A DNA stretch of 64,000 nucleotides from a virus (IMGVR_UViG_2506381019_000003:19119-83118); one strand, 5' to 3'; counted from the first letter of the stretch, positions 46,442-56,462 are shown. Notes: generated by a model from the letters alone, not told the origin. Numbers and translations are program-made.

Positions 46442-46705
46442 TCAGTAGGCGCAGGTGTGCTTGATGTAGACGGCCGGCACCTGCACGGCCTCGGCGCCCG
46501 GCCACAGATCCGCCGTCAGCCGCCGGACGGTCTCCTCGTCCCGGTTGCACTGCGGGGAGCCGCGGTAGAACAGCAGCAGGAGCTCGCCGGCTTCGTCGCG
46601 GACGGTGGACCACCAGTAGTCGGCGTAGATCTTGTAGATGCCCGTTTGGGGTGTCGTGAGGTCTGCCGCGGGGATCGTTCGTGCGTGGGACAGGCCGATG
46701 CTCAT
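46442..46705 (-). CDS. Hypothetical protein, about 87 aa.
   Basis: Start 'MSIGLSH'. Upstream sequence in the ORF is junk. Confidence 0.4.
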   Translation of the reverse strand: MSIGLSHARTIPAADLTTPQTGIYKIYADYWWSTVRDEAGELLLLFYRGSPQCNRDEETVRRLTADLWPGAEAVQVPAVYIKHTCAY

Positions 46706-46788
46706 CGCGGTCTCCTCTCTCTCGCTGGTGCTGGTGGGCGGTCTGGTGGGCGGGGCGGTCTCGGGGAGTGACACGCCCCGCCCGGGTC

Positions 46789-47107
46789 TCAGCGGCCGGC
46801 TTGGGTCCGCCAGTACCGGGCTGTCAGCCGTGGGTTTGTGGACCGGATGAGATGCGGATTGCGCGCGCGGAACTGGGCGGCGGCCCGGCGGGCGTTGCGG
46901 AGCAGGTGGTCGACGGGGACGGTTAGGCCGGATCCGCTCCACGGGTCCTGGGCGCTGCACGGCCCGCCGTGGCCGGCCGACCCGACGAACGCGACCGGTT
47001 TTGCCAGGTCGGCCAGGCAGGGCTCGCAGGGCGCCAGGGCCGGGCTGTTCTGCCGGGCGAACGCGGCGAACCACTCCTTGCGCCGGACGTCCACGACGGA
47101 CATGTGG
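46789..47107 (-). CDS. Hypothetical protein, about 105 aa.
   Basis: Start 'MSVVDVRRKEWF'. Confidence 0.35.
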
Positions 47108-47187
47108 ACTGGGCTCCTCTCGGCTGGTGATGGTCTGGGCGGGTGGGGCGCCCCGTTCACGCGCCCCACCCGGGTCTCAGGGGAAGG

Positions 47188-47670
47188 TCAGAACGGGGAT
47201 TCGCCCGTCACGGGGACATCGGCGGGAAGCTCCGGAGTGCAGTCCGGGCACGCCTGGCCGTCCTCCGGCCCATCCGCGATGGAGCCGTAGCCGCCGCAGG
47301 TCTTGCACGGGAGCTGGGCGCGGACCAGGTCCGGGTCGTGCATCTCGCCGCGCTTGGCTGCGATGCGGAGCAGCTCGCGGCCGAGTTCCTCCATGCCCCG
47401 GAAGTCGAAGAACTTCAGGACCGCGCCAACCTTGTCGCCGTCCGGGTCGGGCAGGACGATCTGGACGTAGCCGCCCGAGCGGTAGCGGGCCATCACGCCG
47501 GCTTCCAGGTCCGTGCCGTACGGGTAGCTGTCGGCGTCCCCAATGTCCACCAGGGGGAGACGGACGTAGGCGGGCGGGTACTGGGCGACAGCCCCGATGT
47601 CGATCACGTTCTTTCCGCTGCGCCGAGCGACGAGGGCGGCGCCGAGGGGCTCGCAGTCTTCGCGGGTCAT
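47188..47670 (-). CDS. Hypothetical protein, 160 aa, with a C-terminal Cys cluster.
   Basis: ORF present in the ORF track. Confidence 0.4.
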   Translation of the reverse strand: MTREDCEPLGAALVARRSGKNVIDIGAVAQYPPAYVRLPLVDIGDADSYPYGTDLEAGVMARYRSGGYVQIVLPDPDGDKVGAVLKFFDFRGMEELGRELLRIAAKRGEMHDPDLVRAQLPCKTCGGYGSIADGPEDGQACPDCTPELPADVPVTGESPF

Positions 47671-47870
47671 GTCGTCCCTTCCGGGGCAGGTGGGGCGGGA
47701 AGCCCCGGGTTGAAGATCGGTTCGGTGGTCTCGCCTTTGCAGCGGACGCAGGTGACGCCGTGCTGGTCGACGCCGTCACCGACGCAGAGGGCGCAGGTCA
47801 CCGGATCGGCTTCTGCTGCTGCCGTGCGTTCTCGCGGCGGGCGAGGGCCTCGCAGCCGGCGGCTGACCAC
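47667..47870 (-). CDS. Small zinc-ribbon protein, 67 aa.
   Basis: 'CALCVGDG...CVRCKG'. Confidence 0.35.
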   Translation of the reverse strand: MVSRRLRGPRPPRERTAAAEADPVTCALCVGDGVDQHGVTCVRCKGETTEPIFNPGLPAPPAPEGTT

Positions 47871-47976
47871 TCGTCATCGGCCGCGCGGTACCTCTGCGCG
47901 TCGCGGAGATACCGGCCGATCCGGGCGGCGCGGATCTCCTCCGGGGTGCGGGGCAAGTGGGGGCCGTGGAGGTCCA

Positions 47977-48474
47977 TCAGCCGACCGCCCGCAGGTGCGA
48001 CCGGTACGGGTAGCCACCCCAGACGACTCCCGGGGAATCGAACGGGTCCTCGGTGTCTTTGGGGATGTGCCAGGCCTCGGCGGCGATGCGGCGGGCGGAC
48101 AGCCATTCCCCCGTCCACGCACCGTCGGAGGTGATTGCCGATGCCTGCTTGGCGAGGAGCCGTACGCGGAGGAGGAATGCGCAGAGGTAGCGGTCCCATG
48201 GCAGGTCGCGGCCAGACGGGACTGATTCGATGTCCTCCCCGTCCACCGGGACTGCGGGGCTTTCCGGGGCGTACAAGGTGAGGATGGGTACGCGCAGGTG
48301 GGGGACGTTGAACGTCACACCGCTGGTGCCGGCCTGAGTAGTCAGGTCGACGCCGTTCCGCGCAGCCCCCACCGTGATCGTGATGGCGGAGGCTCGGATC
48401 TGCCCCCAGACCTCCGCCCATTCCGGGTGGTGGGGGGCGTAGGCGATGGTGTGGATGTACGGGCCGCCCGTCAT
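47977..48474 (-). CDS. Hypothetical protein, about 165 aa.
   Basis: Start 'MTGGPYIHTIAY'. Confidence 0.4.
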   Translation of the reverse strand: MTGGPYIHTIAYAPHHPEWAEVWGQIRASAITITVGAARNGVDLTTQAGTSGVTFNVPHLRVPILTLYAPESPAVPVDGEDIESVPSGRDLPWDRYLCAFLLRVRLLAKQASAITSDGAWTGEWLSARRIAAEAWHIPKDTEDPFDSPGVVWGGYPYRSHLRAVG

Positions 48475-48998
48475 GACCCGGCCTCTGCCGTCTTTCCCAG
48501 GGAGAGGCGGACGACCCGCTCCTCGTAGGCCGTGGCGTGGGCGATGCCCTGGCGGGAGAGCCGGTTCGCTTCCCGCCAGTTCCCGCTTCTGCTGGCCTTG
48601 CACCAATCCAGCCAGGTCGCGACCAGCCGTTCGGCGGCCTGGGCGCGGGCCTCGGGGATTGTTTGCCCGCGGTAGCGGCGTCGCGCGGCGCTCAGTTCCT
48701 CGCAGGTCGGGGTGTCCGGGCCGGCGCCGGCGGCGTCGGCGAGCCAGCGAGGCCAGGTCCCCGGCACGACATGGTCCTTGTCGATGCCGAGGGCTGCGGC
48801 GAGCGCGAGCTGGGACGCCGAGTCCGGTGTGACGCCACCGTGCTCCCAGCGCCAGACCTTCTGACGGTTCGCGGCCATGGGAGTACCGGCCGCTCCCGCT
48901 ATGCGGGCGATGCGCTGGGCTGTCTGCTCGTAGGTCCAGCCCTTCCGCTCACGGATGACCGTGAGCGGGTGGGGGGCTGCCTGCTCGGCGGCGGTCAC
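48471..48998 (-). CDS. XRE-family HTH transcriptional regulator.
   Basis: 'GWTYEQTAQRIARIAGAAGTPMAANRQKVWRWEHG'. Confidence 0.5.
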   Translation of the reverse strand: MTAAEQAAPHPLTVIRERKGWTYEQTAQRIARIAGAAGTPMAANRQKVWRWEHGGVTPDSASQLALAAALGIDKDHVVPGTWPRWLADAAGAGPDTPTCEELSAARRRYRGQTIPEARAQAAERLVATWLDWCKASRSGNWREANRLSRQGIAHATAYEERVVRLSLGKTAEAGS

Positions 48999-49276
48999 CC
49001 GGCACCACCCGTCTGACCGGGGACGGCGGCCTCCAGCTCGGCGATGCGGGCCGCGGCGGCACGCTCGTGCGCTACAAGGAGCCGCACGTCGACAGCGGCC
49101 ATGAACAGCTCGCCGGCCGTGACATCCTGGTTGAGCTGGGCGGCGGTCTTGACTTGGTGCTCAGCGAGGCGTGCGCGGACAGCGGCGACGGTTTGCAGGT
49201 CTCGGTACCGGCCAGATGCGGAGGCGAGGGTGTGCGGTCCGGGGGTGACAGCGCCGACGTCGATCGTGAAGGTCAC
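48995..49276 (-). CDS. Hypothetical protein, 93 aa.
   Basis: ORF present in the ORF track. Confidence 0.35.
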   Translation of the reverse strand: MTFTIDVGAVTPGPHTLASASGRYRDLQTVAAVRARLAEHQVKTAAQLNQDVTAGELFMAAVDVRLLVAHERAAAARIAELEAAVPGQTGGAG

Positions 49277-49992
49277 CGGCCTACCGCCCGTCGCCCGGAT
49301 CCGCCGACACGGCGACTACCGAGGTCCGCGCGGGCACCGGCAGCGGAACCGGCGCGCCAGCCGGAGCCGGAGTAGCTGTGCCGAAGCGTCACCGTCTTCG
49401 GGTAGGCGGTGGTGTACGCCGCCTTGACCAGGGTGGAGCGGTCCGCGAGCACGAGCGCGACGCTCGTGCCGGCGGGGGCGATGTCCTCTGCCTGCTGCTG
49501 CGCCGACCTTTCGGTCGCCTTCAGCCGCGCGACGATCTCGGAGCGGAAGCCGTTCATCCAGCTCCGCCGGTACGCGCGGACGTTCTCCCGCGGGTTGACG
49601 GGCCGGGCGGTGGCCAGGCCGTGTGCCTGCTGGACGAGAAGCGACGTGAACAGCAGCTCGGCGCGTTCGACGTCCTCCGCCATCCCGAAGACGTGGACGC
49701 TGAAGCGGCCTTTGCTGCCGGGGATAAGGATCCCCTTGCAGCGCAGCGCCTCGGCCACTCCGTAGAGGAGTCGGGCTTTCTCTTTCGCGTATGGCGCTTC
49801 GCAGGCGACCATGCGGTCGATCGGCTTGGACTCGACTGGGGCGTGTGCGGCGAGGAGCGCCTGGTCGATGCCGTACTGGGCGATCAGCTCGGCGGCCTTC
49901 GCGTTGTACGACTCCCGGGCGGCGTCGGTGAGGTCTTCGGCCTCCGCCATCGCCAGCAGCTTGCGAACCTTCTCCAGCTTGTCGACGGCCAT
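49273..49992 (-). CDS. DUF2786-like protein.
   Basis: N-terminal 'MAVDKLEKVRKLLAMAEAEDLTDAARESYNAKAAELIAQYGI'. Confidence 0.4.
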   Translation of the reverse strand: MAVDKLEKVRKLLAMAEAEDLTDAARESYNAKAAELIAQYGIDQALLAAHAPVESKPIDRMVACEAPYAKEKARLLYGVAEALRCKGILIPGSKGRFSVHVFGMAEDVERAELLFTSLLVQQAHGLATARPVNPRENVRAYRRSWMNGFRSEIVARLKATERSAQQQAEDIAPAGTSVALVLADRSTLVKAAYTTAYPKTVTLRHSYSGSGWRAGSAAGARADLGSRRVGGSGRRAVGR

Positions 49993-50432
49993 CAGGCGGC
50001 AATCAGCTCGGGCGCCGGGGTTGGGGCGATGGCGGCGGCGAACTCGTCGACGGTCACGGTCGTCGCGATCCTGATCTCCGTCCGGGCGAGGATCGACCGG
50101 ACGGAGATGTGCACCTTGACGTCGTTGATCACGTGGAAGCGGACTTCAGTGTCCGGACGGATCGCGGCGAGCGCGGTCGTCACGCGGAGGTCGGCGTCCC
50201 CAGCCGGGCGGAAGCAGATCTCCGCCTCCGCGCCGATGTAGTCGGCATACTGGGCGGAACGTGGGGTGAAGGTCACGTCATCGACCGGGCCGATTTCCGC
50301 CACTACGGCTGCGGCGACCTTGGCCATGCGGTCGAGAAGCTCACCGCTGATGATCTCCATGTACGCTGCTCCTGTCTGTGGGGCCGTCGTCCGTGATCTC
50401 TGCCAGGGGATCGGGTGGCGGCCCTTCGTCAT
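49992..50432 (-). CDS. Hypothetical protein, 146 aa.
   Basis: ORF present in the ORF track. Confidence 0.4.
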   Translation of the reverse strand: MTKGRHPIPWQRSRTTAPQTGAAYMEIISGELLDRMAKVAAAVVAEIGPVDDVTFTPRSAQYADYIGAEAEICFRPAGDADLRVTTALAAIRPDTEVRFHVINDVKVHISVRSILARTEIRIATTVTVDEFAAAIAPTPAPELIAA

Positions 50433-50827
50433 GTCCGGGCTGTGGCCCCACAGTAGTCCTGAAAAGTACTAATCGCAAATCGTGAGACACAAGATTTGCC
50501 CACCAGGCGGCGGGTCCGGTCAGGACCCGCCAGCCAGCAGGACCGCCTCCCGGCACCGCGGGCACGGCCTCAACGCCCCGGCTGGCAGCGGGTTCCCCCG
50601 CGGGCTCAACGCCCCCGGCGGAGCGGGCGCCATCCCTCTGTCGCAGGCAGGAGCCTCGGGAAACAGGGGATCGGGGGCGAGATGAGTACAGGTGCAGCCC
50701 TTCGTCCCGCAATGCCCTTCACGCTCGAAGTCCTCCCGGGTCCGCCGGGCAGGTGCTGCTGCGACCATCTCAAACCCCCAATCCCTTGACTTTACTAATC
50801 AAGAATAGTACTGAAGTGTGGGCACGG

Positions 50828-51187
50828 CTAGACGCTGGTCGGGTTCTCGCGGCGCCACGCTTCGGCGCAGATTTCAACCAGGGCCCGACGCTGCGGGGAG
50901 GTGTTCAACGCCCCGCCCCACTGCCGGGGAGGCACGTAGCCGTTCCACAGTGCCGGAGAGGTGAAGCTGAGCGGGCCCGCAGTGAGCTTCTCGGCCAGGT
51001 CCGGATGACGGGAAACCAGGGCGGCGGCGCGGGCTTTCGCCTCCAGTCCCTGAGTCCACATCGCTGCCTGCCGTTCCGTTTCGGACGGGATCGCGATGCC
51101 TGCTTCGCGGCGCTCCCGATAGTCGGCGAGGTCGGTCGGCGACGTCATCAGGACCCCGCCGCCTCGTAGCCGTTCTGCGCGGCCCAC
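50828..51187 (-). CDS. Hypothetical protein, 119 aa.
   Basis: ORF present in the ORF track. Confidence 0.4.
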   Translation of the reverse strand: MGRAERLRGGGVLMTSPTDLADYRERREAGIAIPSETERQAAMWTQGLEAKARAAALVSRHPDLAEKLTAGPLSFTSPALWNGYVPPRQWGGALNTSPQRRALVEICAEAWRRENPTSV

Positions 51188-51888
51188 GCGCGAAGCGCGT
51201 CGGCGGCCTGCGTTTTCTGGATGTCGGTTGCCGGGCCGTAGTCAGCGCGGGCGGGGATCGTCCGGCCGAACCCGGATCGGCGGATCTGCACTTTCACGGC
51301 TTCGGCCCGCGGCCGGTCGGCATGTACGGCGGCCTGGGCCTCACGTTCGGCGGCTTCCACACCCGAACCTCCTTCGAGGGCCTTCGGTGTCCGCTTGGCC
51401 GCTTCGAGCGCGGCCAGCGGGGTCATAAGCGCGGCCTCAGTCTCCCGGACGGACACGGGCGTGTAGGCGTCAACGAAGCGTCGGTGGGCGTAGCCGTCCC
51501 GCCCGTCAATCGCCTCCCAGCCGATCCCGTTCTCGTGTGGCGACATCGTCTTGTACACAGCGGGATGGATCGAGGGCTCCGGACCGGTGCGCCGGTTCAG
51601 CCAGCGGTTCATCTCCCGGGCTTGCGCGTAGGCGGCTTCGGTGTCGGGTGGGAGGAGTCCGCGGGCCGCGATGACGCGGCGGCGGATGTCCCCAACCTCG
51701 ATCCAGGGGCCGCCGATCACAAAATGGGCCCGGACGGCCTGCGCGGCGTCGATGAAGGGGACGTCGGCCAGCAGGTCATGCCAGGCATCGCCGGTGCCCG
51801 GGGTGTCGTCGGTGCTGGGGACGATAGTGAACTTCGGCGACAAAGCGCGGATCAAGTGGAGCAGCTTCGAGACTTCAGCGCGGGTCAT
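51148..51888 (-). CDS. Hypothetical replication-module protein, 246 aa, immediately downstream of the rep gene.
   Basis: Assigned from its position next to the iteron-containing initiator. Confidence 0.4.
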   Translation of the reverse strand: MTRAEVSKLLHLIRALSPKFTIVPSTDDTPGTGDAWHDLLADVPFIDAAQAVRAHFVIGGPWIEVGDIRRRVIAARGLLPPDTEAAYAQAREMNRWLNRRTGPEPSIHPAVYKTMSPHENGIGWEAIDGRDGYAHRRFVDAYTPVSVRETEAALMTPLAALEAAKRTPKALEGGSGVEAAEREAQAAVHADRPRAEAVKVQIRRSGFGRTIPARADYGPATDIQKTQAADALRAWAAQNGYEAAGS

Positions 51889-52889
51889 CCTGTCCCCTCG
51901 TTCACAACCTGGCCGTCGATGACCTCGTGGTTGGCGCTGCCGAAGAAGCCGCCGCTGGCGAATGGGTCACGGATAGCGGATCCGGCCGCGATGGCGGCTT
52001 CTTGCGCGAATGCTTCATCGGAGCGGGCGCGGCGGTTCATGGGCAGGACGTTCCCGGCCTCGGATTCGGCTATGGCCTGCTGGACGAACGTGGGAAGCAT
52101 TCCCGGCCCGCAGCGGGCCCGGTTGCGCCACAGGAGCCGCAGGCCGTCCAAGATCTGCTCCTTGGTGAAGCCGTCGTCGAGCAGCTCGTCCGTGATCGTC
52201 AGCAGCTTCGACCGGTCGCGGCGTGGCAGCGGATGCGAGAGTGCGCCGGCGTACTGGTCGATGAGCTCGTCGGCGACTCCCGTAAGCACGGCGGCTCGGG
52301 TGTCGCCGGAGCGTGCCTCCCGTTGCTTCGACGCCCGCATGTCGGTCGGGCCGCCCTCGCGCGCCTGCGCGCGGGTCGTGCCCTTGGTTGGTGGTTGGTA
52401 GGTCTCTTGGTCTAGTACTTGGTCTTCCTTATAGGGCATTGAGCCAACTTCCGGTTGAGACTGTTGGATCTTCCGGTTGAGACCGGTCGATCTTCCGGTT
52501 GAGACCTCGTGATCTTCCGGTTGAGCCCGGTCGTTCTTCTGGTTGAGGTCCGCATCCGCGGCCGGCGGATCGGCATCGACCGGCACTGAAACGGGGACCA
52601 GCGCCGCGTACGTGCTCGCCGCGACCGTCCCGTCTCCGCGCCGGTGGCCGCGGGCTGTGCGGGTGAGGTAGCCGTTTTCCTGAGCCCATGCCAGGTGGCC
52701 CGAGACCGCCCGGGTACTGATCCCGACGGCGGCGGCAATCGTCGACTCCAACACCCGCGCGTTGGACCCGTCAGAGTCCATGTAGGTGCCAAGGGTGAGC
52801 AGGACAGAGAGGCGGTACTTCACAACGTCCGGGTCGGAGCGGAGTCGGATTCCCCAGACCCGGGTGGAAACACGGCCGGACTCGCTCAC
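51885..52889 (-). CDS. Replication initiator protein (winged-helix N-terminus). The iteron origin is embedded in the gene.
   Basis: HTH 'VLESTIAAAVGISTRAVSGHLAWAQENGYLTR'. The peptide repeats 'STGxxxLNRKI' are encoded by the five 22-bp DNA iterons. Confidence 0.55.
   Translation of the reverse strand: MSESGRVSTRVWGIRLRSDPDVVKYRLSVLLTLGTYMDSDGSNARVLESTIAAAVGISTRAVSGHLAWAQENGYLTRTARGHRRGDGTVAASTYAALVPVSVPVDADPPAADADLNQKNDRAQPEDHEVSTGRSTGLNRKIQQSQPEVGSMPYKEDQVLDQETYQPPTKGTTRAQAREGGPTDMRASKQREARSGDTRAAVLTGVADELIDQYAGALSHPLPRRDRSKLLTITDELLDDGFTKEQILDGLRLLWRNRARCGPGMLPTFVQQAIAESEAGNVLPMNRRARSDEAFAQEAAIAAGSAIRDPFASGGFFGSANHEVIDGQVVNEGTG
52447..52550. repeat. Iteron array: five tandem 22-bp repeats with core CTTCCGGTTGAGAC. 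Candidate replication origin.
   Basis: Direct repeats with 21-22 bp periodicity are visible in the sequence. Confidence 0.7.
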
Positions 52890-52924
52890 CAGGCGCCACC
52901 GGCGGCGTGGGCGCTAACACAGAC

Positions 52925-53150
52925 GGCCGGAATCTCGCAAAGTACCTTCGGGCGTGGCAGAATCATCGCCAGATACGCCCCTCTCTGTTCTGTTCCAACA
53001 GGGGGTGGTGCGTTGCGCGGCCAACCGGCTGGTAACCGGCCCGCGTGTCGTCCGGAAGGGGCGACCCCGGACGGGTGGCTGATAACCCCCGTCCGGGCCC
53101 TCCCGGCAGCGTTCACAGTACTCTCCACGAATCGCGTTTGGTACTTGCTG
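52925..53150. promoter_or_regulatory. rep upstream region carrying two copies of the recurring motif (GAATCTCGCAAAGTACC at about 52931; CGAATCGCGTTTGGTACTTGC at about 53127).
   Basis: Motif copies lie in a 265-bp intergenic region. Confidence 0.35.
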
Positions 53151-53154
53151 TCGG

Positions 53155-53540
53155 TCAGGACCAGCCCAAGGTGAGCTGCCCCTGGCTGCGCCACACCTCC
53201 GTCGGGTCCAGCTCGGCGCGGAACCGGTCACCGCGGAACAACTCGGCCACGACCACCAGCCGGCAGGCCAGGCAGCCGTCAGCCCCGTACCGGACCATCA
53301 GCGCCCCGGGACGGCCCCACGGCGCGACAGCACGGCCGGTGGCCTGGGCCTGGTCGGCAACGTCGGCGCCACACCCCTCACAGCTCTGATCGAAACCGTG
53401 ATCGCCCAGGATGCGTAGCTGCGGCCCCCACGGCCCCCAGCGGATCGGCTGATCGGCGAGGCTCCCTGGGAGTTCCAGCCCTGCGACCCGCCCGGCCCAC
53501 ACCTGCTCAGGCGTGGGCGCGAGCGTGAGACGCCGGCTCA
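53155..53540 (-). CDS. Hypothetical protein, about 128 aa.
   Basis: Start 'MSRRLTLAPT'. Confidence 0.35.
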
Positions 53541-54221
53541 TGCCTGCTCGTCGCCGAACAGGTCCGGCGCGGCCACCTTGCCCTGCTCCGACGCCTGCCA
53601 CCGCTTCTCGTATTCGGCAGCCGCGTCCCGACATCCACCCGTACGACGCAGATGGAACGACGGCGACGGCGCCCCGGGCAGGAGCAGGTTCTCGCCGGGG
53701 AACGTCTGGGAGGCCTGTCGGTGGCTGATCGGCTCCTGGCAGTGCCAGCAGCACCCCGGCCGCACCGACATCAGCTCGTCGACACGCTGCATCTCGCGGG
53801 CAGCCTGCCGGGCGGCGTCAACCTCCCGGCATGGGTAGAGCTCGCCGCAGCGTGCGCACACCGGGTGGTGCTCGTCGACGGGATACCAGGCAGCCCAGCC
53901 TCGGTGCGGCCAGGGCAGATGCCTGCGCCGGCCGCCAGCGGCCGGGCAGACCTCCACCGTGCGAGGACGGTTCGGCCAGGTTTCCGCCTGGCCGTCCCAG
54001 TCGACGAGCGCCGCGAATATCTCCCGGTACCGGCTGCCGATCGGCTTGCGGCGAGCCCAGTCACGGCTACGCAGGTCCTTCTGCATCCCCGATGCGTGCT
54101 TCGGATCCCAGTTCGCCGTGTGCTTCTCATGGACGGCGACGACACGCCACAGGATGCGGTCGTTCGCGAGGAGGATTCCGGGCTCAGGCGGAATGATGTC
54201 GAGCCCGGAGAAGATCACCAT
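53538..54221 (-). CDS. Hypothetical Cys/His-containing protein, about 228 aa.
   Basis: Start 'MVIFSGLDIIPP'. The upstream part of the ORF is junk-like. Confidence 0.4.
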   Translation of the reverse strand: MVIFSGLDIIPPEPGILLANDRILWRVVAVHEKHTANWDPKHASGMQKDLRSRDWARRKPIGSRYREIFAALVDWDGQAETWPNRPRTVEVCPAAGGRRRHLPWPHRGWAAWYPVDEHHPVCARCGELYPCREVDAARQAAREMQRVDELMSVRPGCCWHCQEPISHRQASQTFPGENLLLPGAPSPSFHLRRTGGCRDAAAEYEKRWQASEQGKVAAPDLFGDEQA

Positions 54222-54241
54222 CCCCGCGGGTACCCAGTGCT

Positions 54242-54610
54242 TCACTGTGTCGGCTCCTTCCGGGCTTCGAACTGGGAGCACGCCGGCCACCGGCGGCTGA
54301 TGTCCGTAGCCCCTCCCCGTGTGGCGTTCAGGTCGCATTTCCAGTAGTCGCGGGCGGCCCGGTCGTGCCGGAACAGGTGGTCGCAGTCCCGGCACCGCTT
54401 GCCCTCGTTCACGGGCAGCAGGCGGGCGCCGGTGACCGGGTGCACCCCGCGGGCGAGGTCTGCGCGCCGCCGGGCGGCGAGCTTCTGCTCACGGGACGGC
54501 GCGGGAACCTCCGGCCCAGCGTCGGCCTCGTCGAACAGTCCGACCTGCCCGATCACGCCGCACCCGACAGCGCGGCGAGCAACTCGCGCGGGGCAGCCCA
54601 CGACGTGCCC
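54242..54610 (-). CDS. Zinc-ribbon hypothetical protein.
   Basis: 'KRCRDCDHLF ... WKCDLN'. Confidence 0.35.
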   Translation of the reverse strand, partial: GHVVGCPARVARRAVGCGVIGQVGLFDEADAGPEVPAPSREQKLAARRRADLARGVHPVTGARLLPVNEGKRCRDCDHLFRHDRAARDYWKCDLNATRGGATDISRRWPACSQFEARKEPTQ

Positions 54611-55290
54611 CATCGGGACGGCTGCGCCGGCGGGACAGGCCCGGGGACGTAGCGGAGACAGGCGCAGTCCCGGCTGTAGGTCTCGCCGCAGCGGGCCGGG
54701 CCGACCAGCCAGGCCGTGGGGTTGTTCTCGCGGTCGTGCCAGCCCCACGGATGCCCGCACACACAGTCCGCGTGGTGGGCCCGGTCATGTCGCGCGGCGA
54801 GCCAGGCCGCACGGTCGATGTCGGGGAGGCGCCGGCTGTCGGGGTGCAGCAGCAGCCACACAGCTGGCCCGGTCTCCTCGGGGCCGATCGCGCGGGCGCG
54901 GGCGGCGTAGTCGTCGGGCATGCAGCCGTCCCAACCGGCGTCGTGGCCGGAGACGTAGGTGGGTCCGTCGGTGCAGGGCCTGGCGCAGCGCCCGCATTTC
55001 ACGCGGGTCCAGTCAGGCTGCCCGCTGGCGGTGAGCCCGCCGTCCGGGAATCGGCCGCGGGGAACGGGAAGGCCAGTGCAGCAGTCGAGGCGCCAGTTGG
55101 CGGCACGGTCGGCGCGGAGCTGGGTGTAGATCACGGCCCGGTCGAGGTCGGCAGCGATGTCGCCCGCCAGGTCGAGCTGCGCGGTCACCACGGCCGAGGT
55201 GTCGGCTGTCTGGCGCCGGCGGGCCCCAGGTCGGCGCGGCCGGGGCGCGGCAGCGGCGAGGTCACCGAACAGGTCGGTCTGCACGCTCAC
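54553..55290 (-). CDS. Hypothetical Cys/His-rich protein, about 245 aa.
   Basis: GTG start in a GTGA overlap. The N-terminal part of the ORF-track ORF is junk. Confidence 0.4.
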   Translation of the reverse strand: MSVQTDLFGDLAAAAPRPRRPGARRRQTADTSAVVTAQLDLAGDIAADLDRAVIYTQLRADRAANWRLDCCTGLPVPRGRFPDGGLTASGQPDWTRVKCGRCARPCTDGPTYVSGHDAGWDGCMPDDYAARARAIGPEETGPAVWLLLHPDSRRLPDIDRAAWLAARHDRAHHADCVCGHPWGWHDRENNPTAWLVGPARCGETYSRDCACLRYVPGPVPPAQPSRWGTSWAAPRELLAALSGAA

Positions 55291-55779
55291 CGCCTGACCC
55301 CGACCGGTCGAACTCGATGGGTGAGGTGCCAGCCGGCGCAGTGCTCGCACTCGTACACCCGCAGCGGCCCGGCCGCGCGGGAGCGGCGCATCGCCGCGGC
55401 GATGGCGGTCTGATACGCCAGATAGATCACTTTCCCCGGGCGGCCAGGCGTCTTGGTCGCCACGCACCGCGGGTGCTTCCGCTGCCTCATGCGCCACCGG
55501 CCGGGGCCAGGACCAGACGGCGGCGCGGCGGGCGGGGCGGGCGGGAGTTCCACCAGACACAGAGCCACGCCGCAGCGACGACCGAGTCGAGCACCGCCCA
55601 GGCATGGTCGTGCCGCGTCCAGTCGACCAGCGCATCAGCTGCGAGGAGACACCCCGCCCACAGCCCGTACGTCCGGTTCAACACCGCACGGGGGATGCCG
55701 CGCAGCAGCGCCCGGCAGAACAGGGCGCACCACCCGATCTCCGCGAGGTTGAGCAGCTGATTCGCGATGCCGAGCCCGG

Positions 55780-55977
55780 TCACCGCCCTGGCCCCTGCGG
55801 GTCGGGGAGCAGGCCCTGAGCGCGCGCCATCGCCCGGTAGCGGACAACAGCCCTGGTGGACACACCCAATTCGTCGGCGATCTGACCCGCGGTCCGGTGG
55901 GCACGGGTGAGCTCGGCGGCTACCCGTATCCGCCGCACGACGGACACCGAGTCGGTGTCCACGCTGCAGGCGCTCAC
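55780..55977 (-). CDS. Small HTH protein, 65 aa.
   Basis: 'AGQIADELGVSTRAVVRYRAMARAQG'. Confidence 0.45.
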   Translation of the reverse strand: MSACSVDTDSVSVVRRIRVAAELTRAHRTAGQIADELGVSTRAVVRYRAMARAQGLLPDPQGPGR

Positions 55978-56462
55978 ATCCTCTCCTCGGAGGCCGGGTG
56001 GATGCCGCCCTGGTCGTCGAGGAGAACCCGGGCACCCCGGTAGAGCACCGGGGCCGCGGCCGGGTCGTCGCCGCGGTGGACCTGCCAGCCGTTGTCGTAC
56101 CGGTCGGACGCTCCGTCAGCCAGCGCGTGACATCCGGCGGAGGCGTCCGGGCCGCACACGGCGAGCAGGTTGGACAGCCGGTGTGTGCCCGGGTCGCTGG
56201 TACCTCCGGTGCCACGCCGGGCCCGGTGCTGGATCGACCGCCAGCCGGGCCGGAGCGGCTCGCCGCCAATCTCGCACCGGCCGTCGGCGCGCTCATACAC
56301 GGCGGCCCGGGTCTCTGCGGGCAGCCGGTTCGCCGGCGTCTTCGCGCACGTACGGGACGCGGCGCGCGGCTGGTTCGTACGGGGCGACCCGCCGCGGGCA
56401 AGTCCGGTCCGCCGCTGTGGTCCCGAGCCGCGCGGGAGCGGGGTATGACGATGGAGAGTCAA
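55974..56462 (-). CDS. HNH endonuclease.
   Basis: 'AVYERADGRCEIGGEPL ... IQHRARRG ... NLLAVCGPDASAGCHALA' is an HNH motif. The true start is probably internal. Confidence 0.6.
   Translation of the reverse strand: MTLHRHTPLPRGSGPQRRTGLARGGSPRTNQPRAASRTCAKTPANRLPAETRAAVYERADGRCEIGGEPLRPGWRSIQHRARRGTGGTSDPGTHRLSNLLAVCGPDASAGCHALADGASDRYDNGWQVHRGDDPAAAPVLYRGARVLLDDQGGIHPASEERM

Noticed and set aside
55287-55568. 93-aa ORF ('...YECEHCAGWHLT').
   Set aside because: Plausible small zinc-ribbon gene, but it overlaps the 54553-55635 frame. I could not decide which frame is real, so I did not call it.
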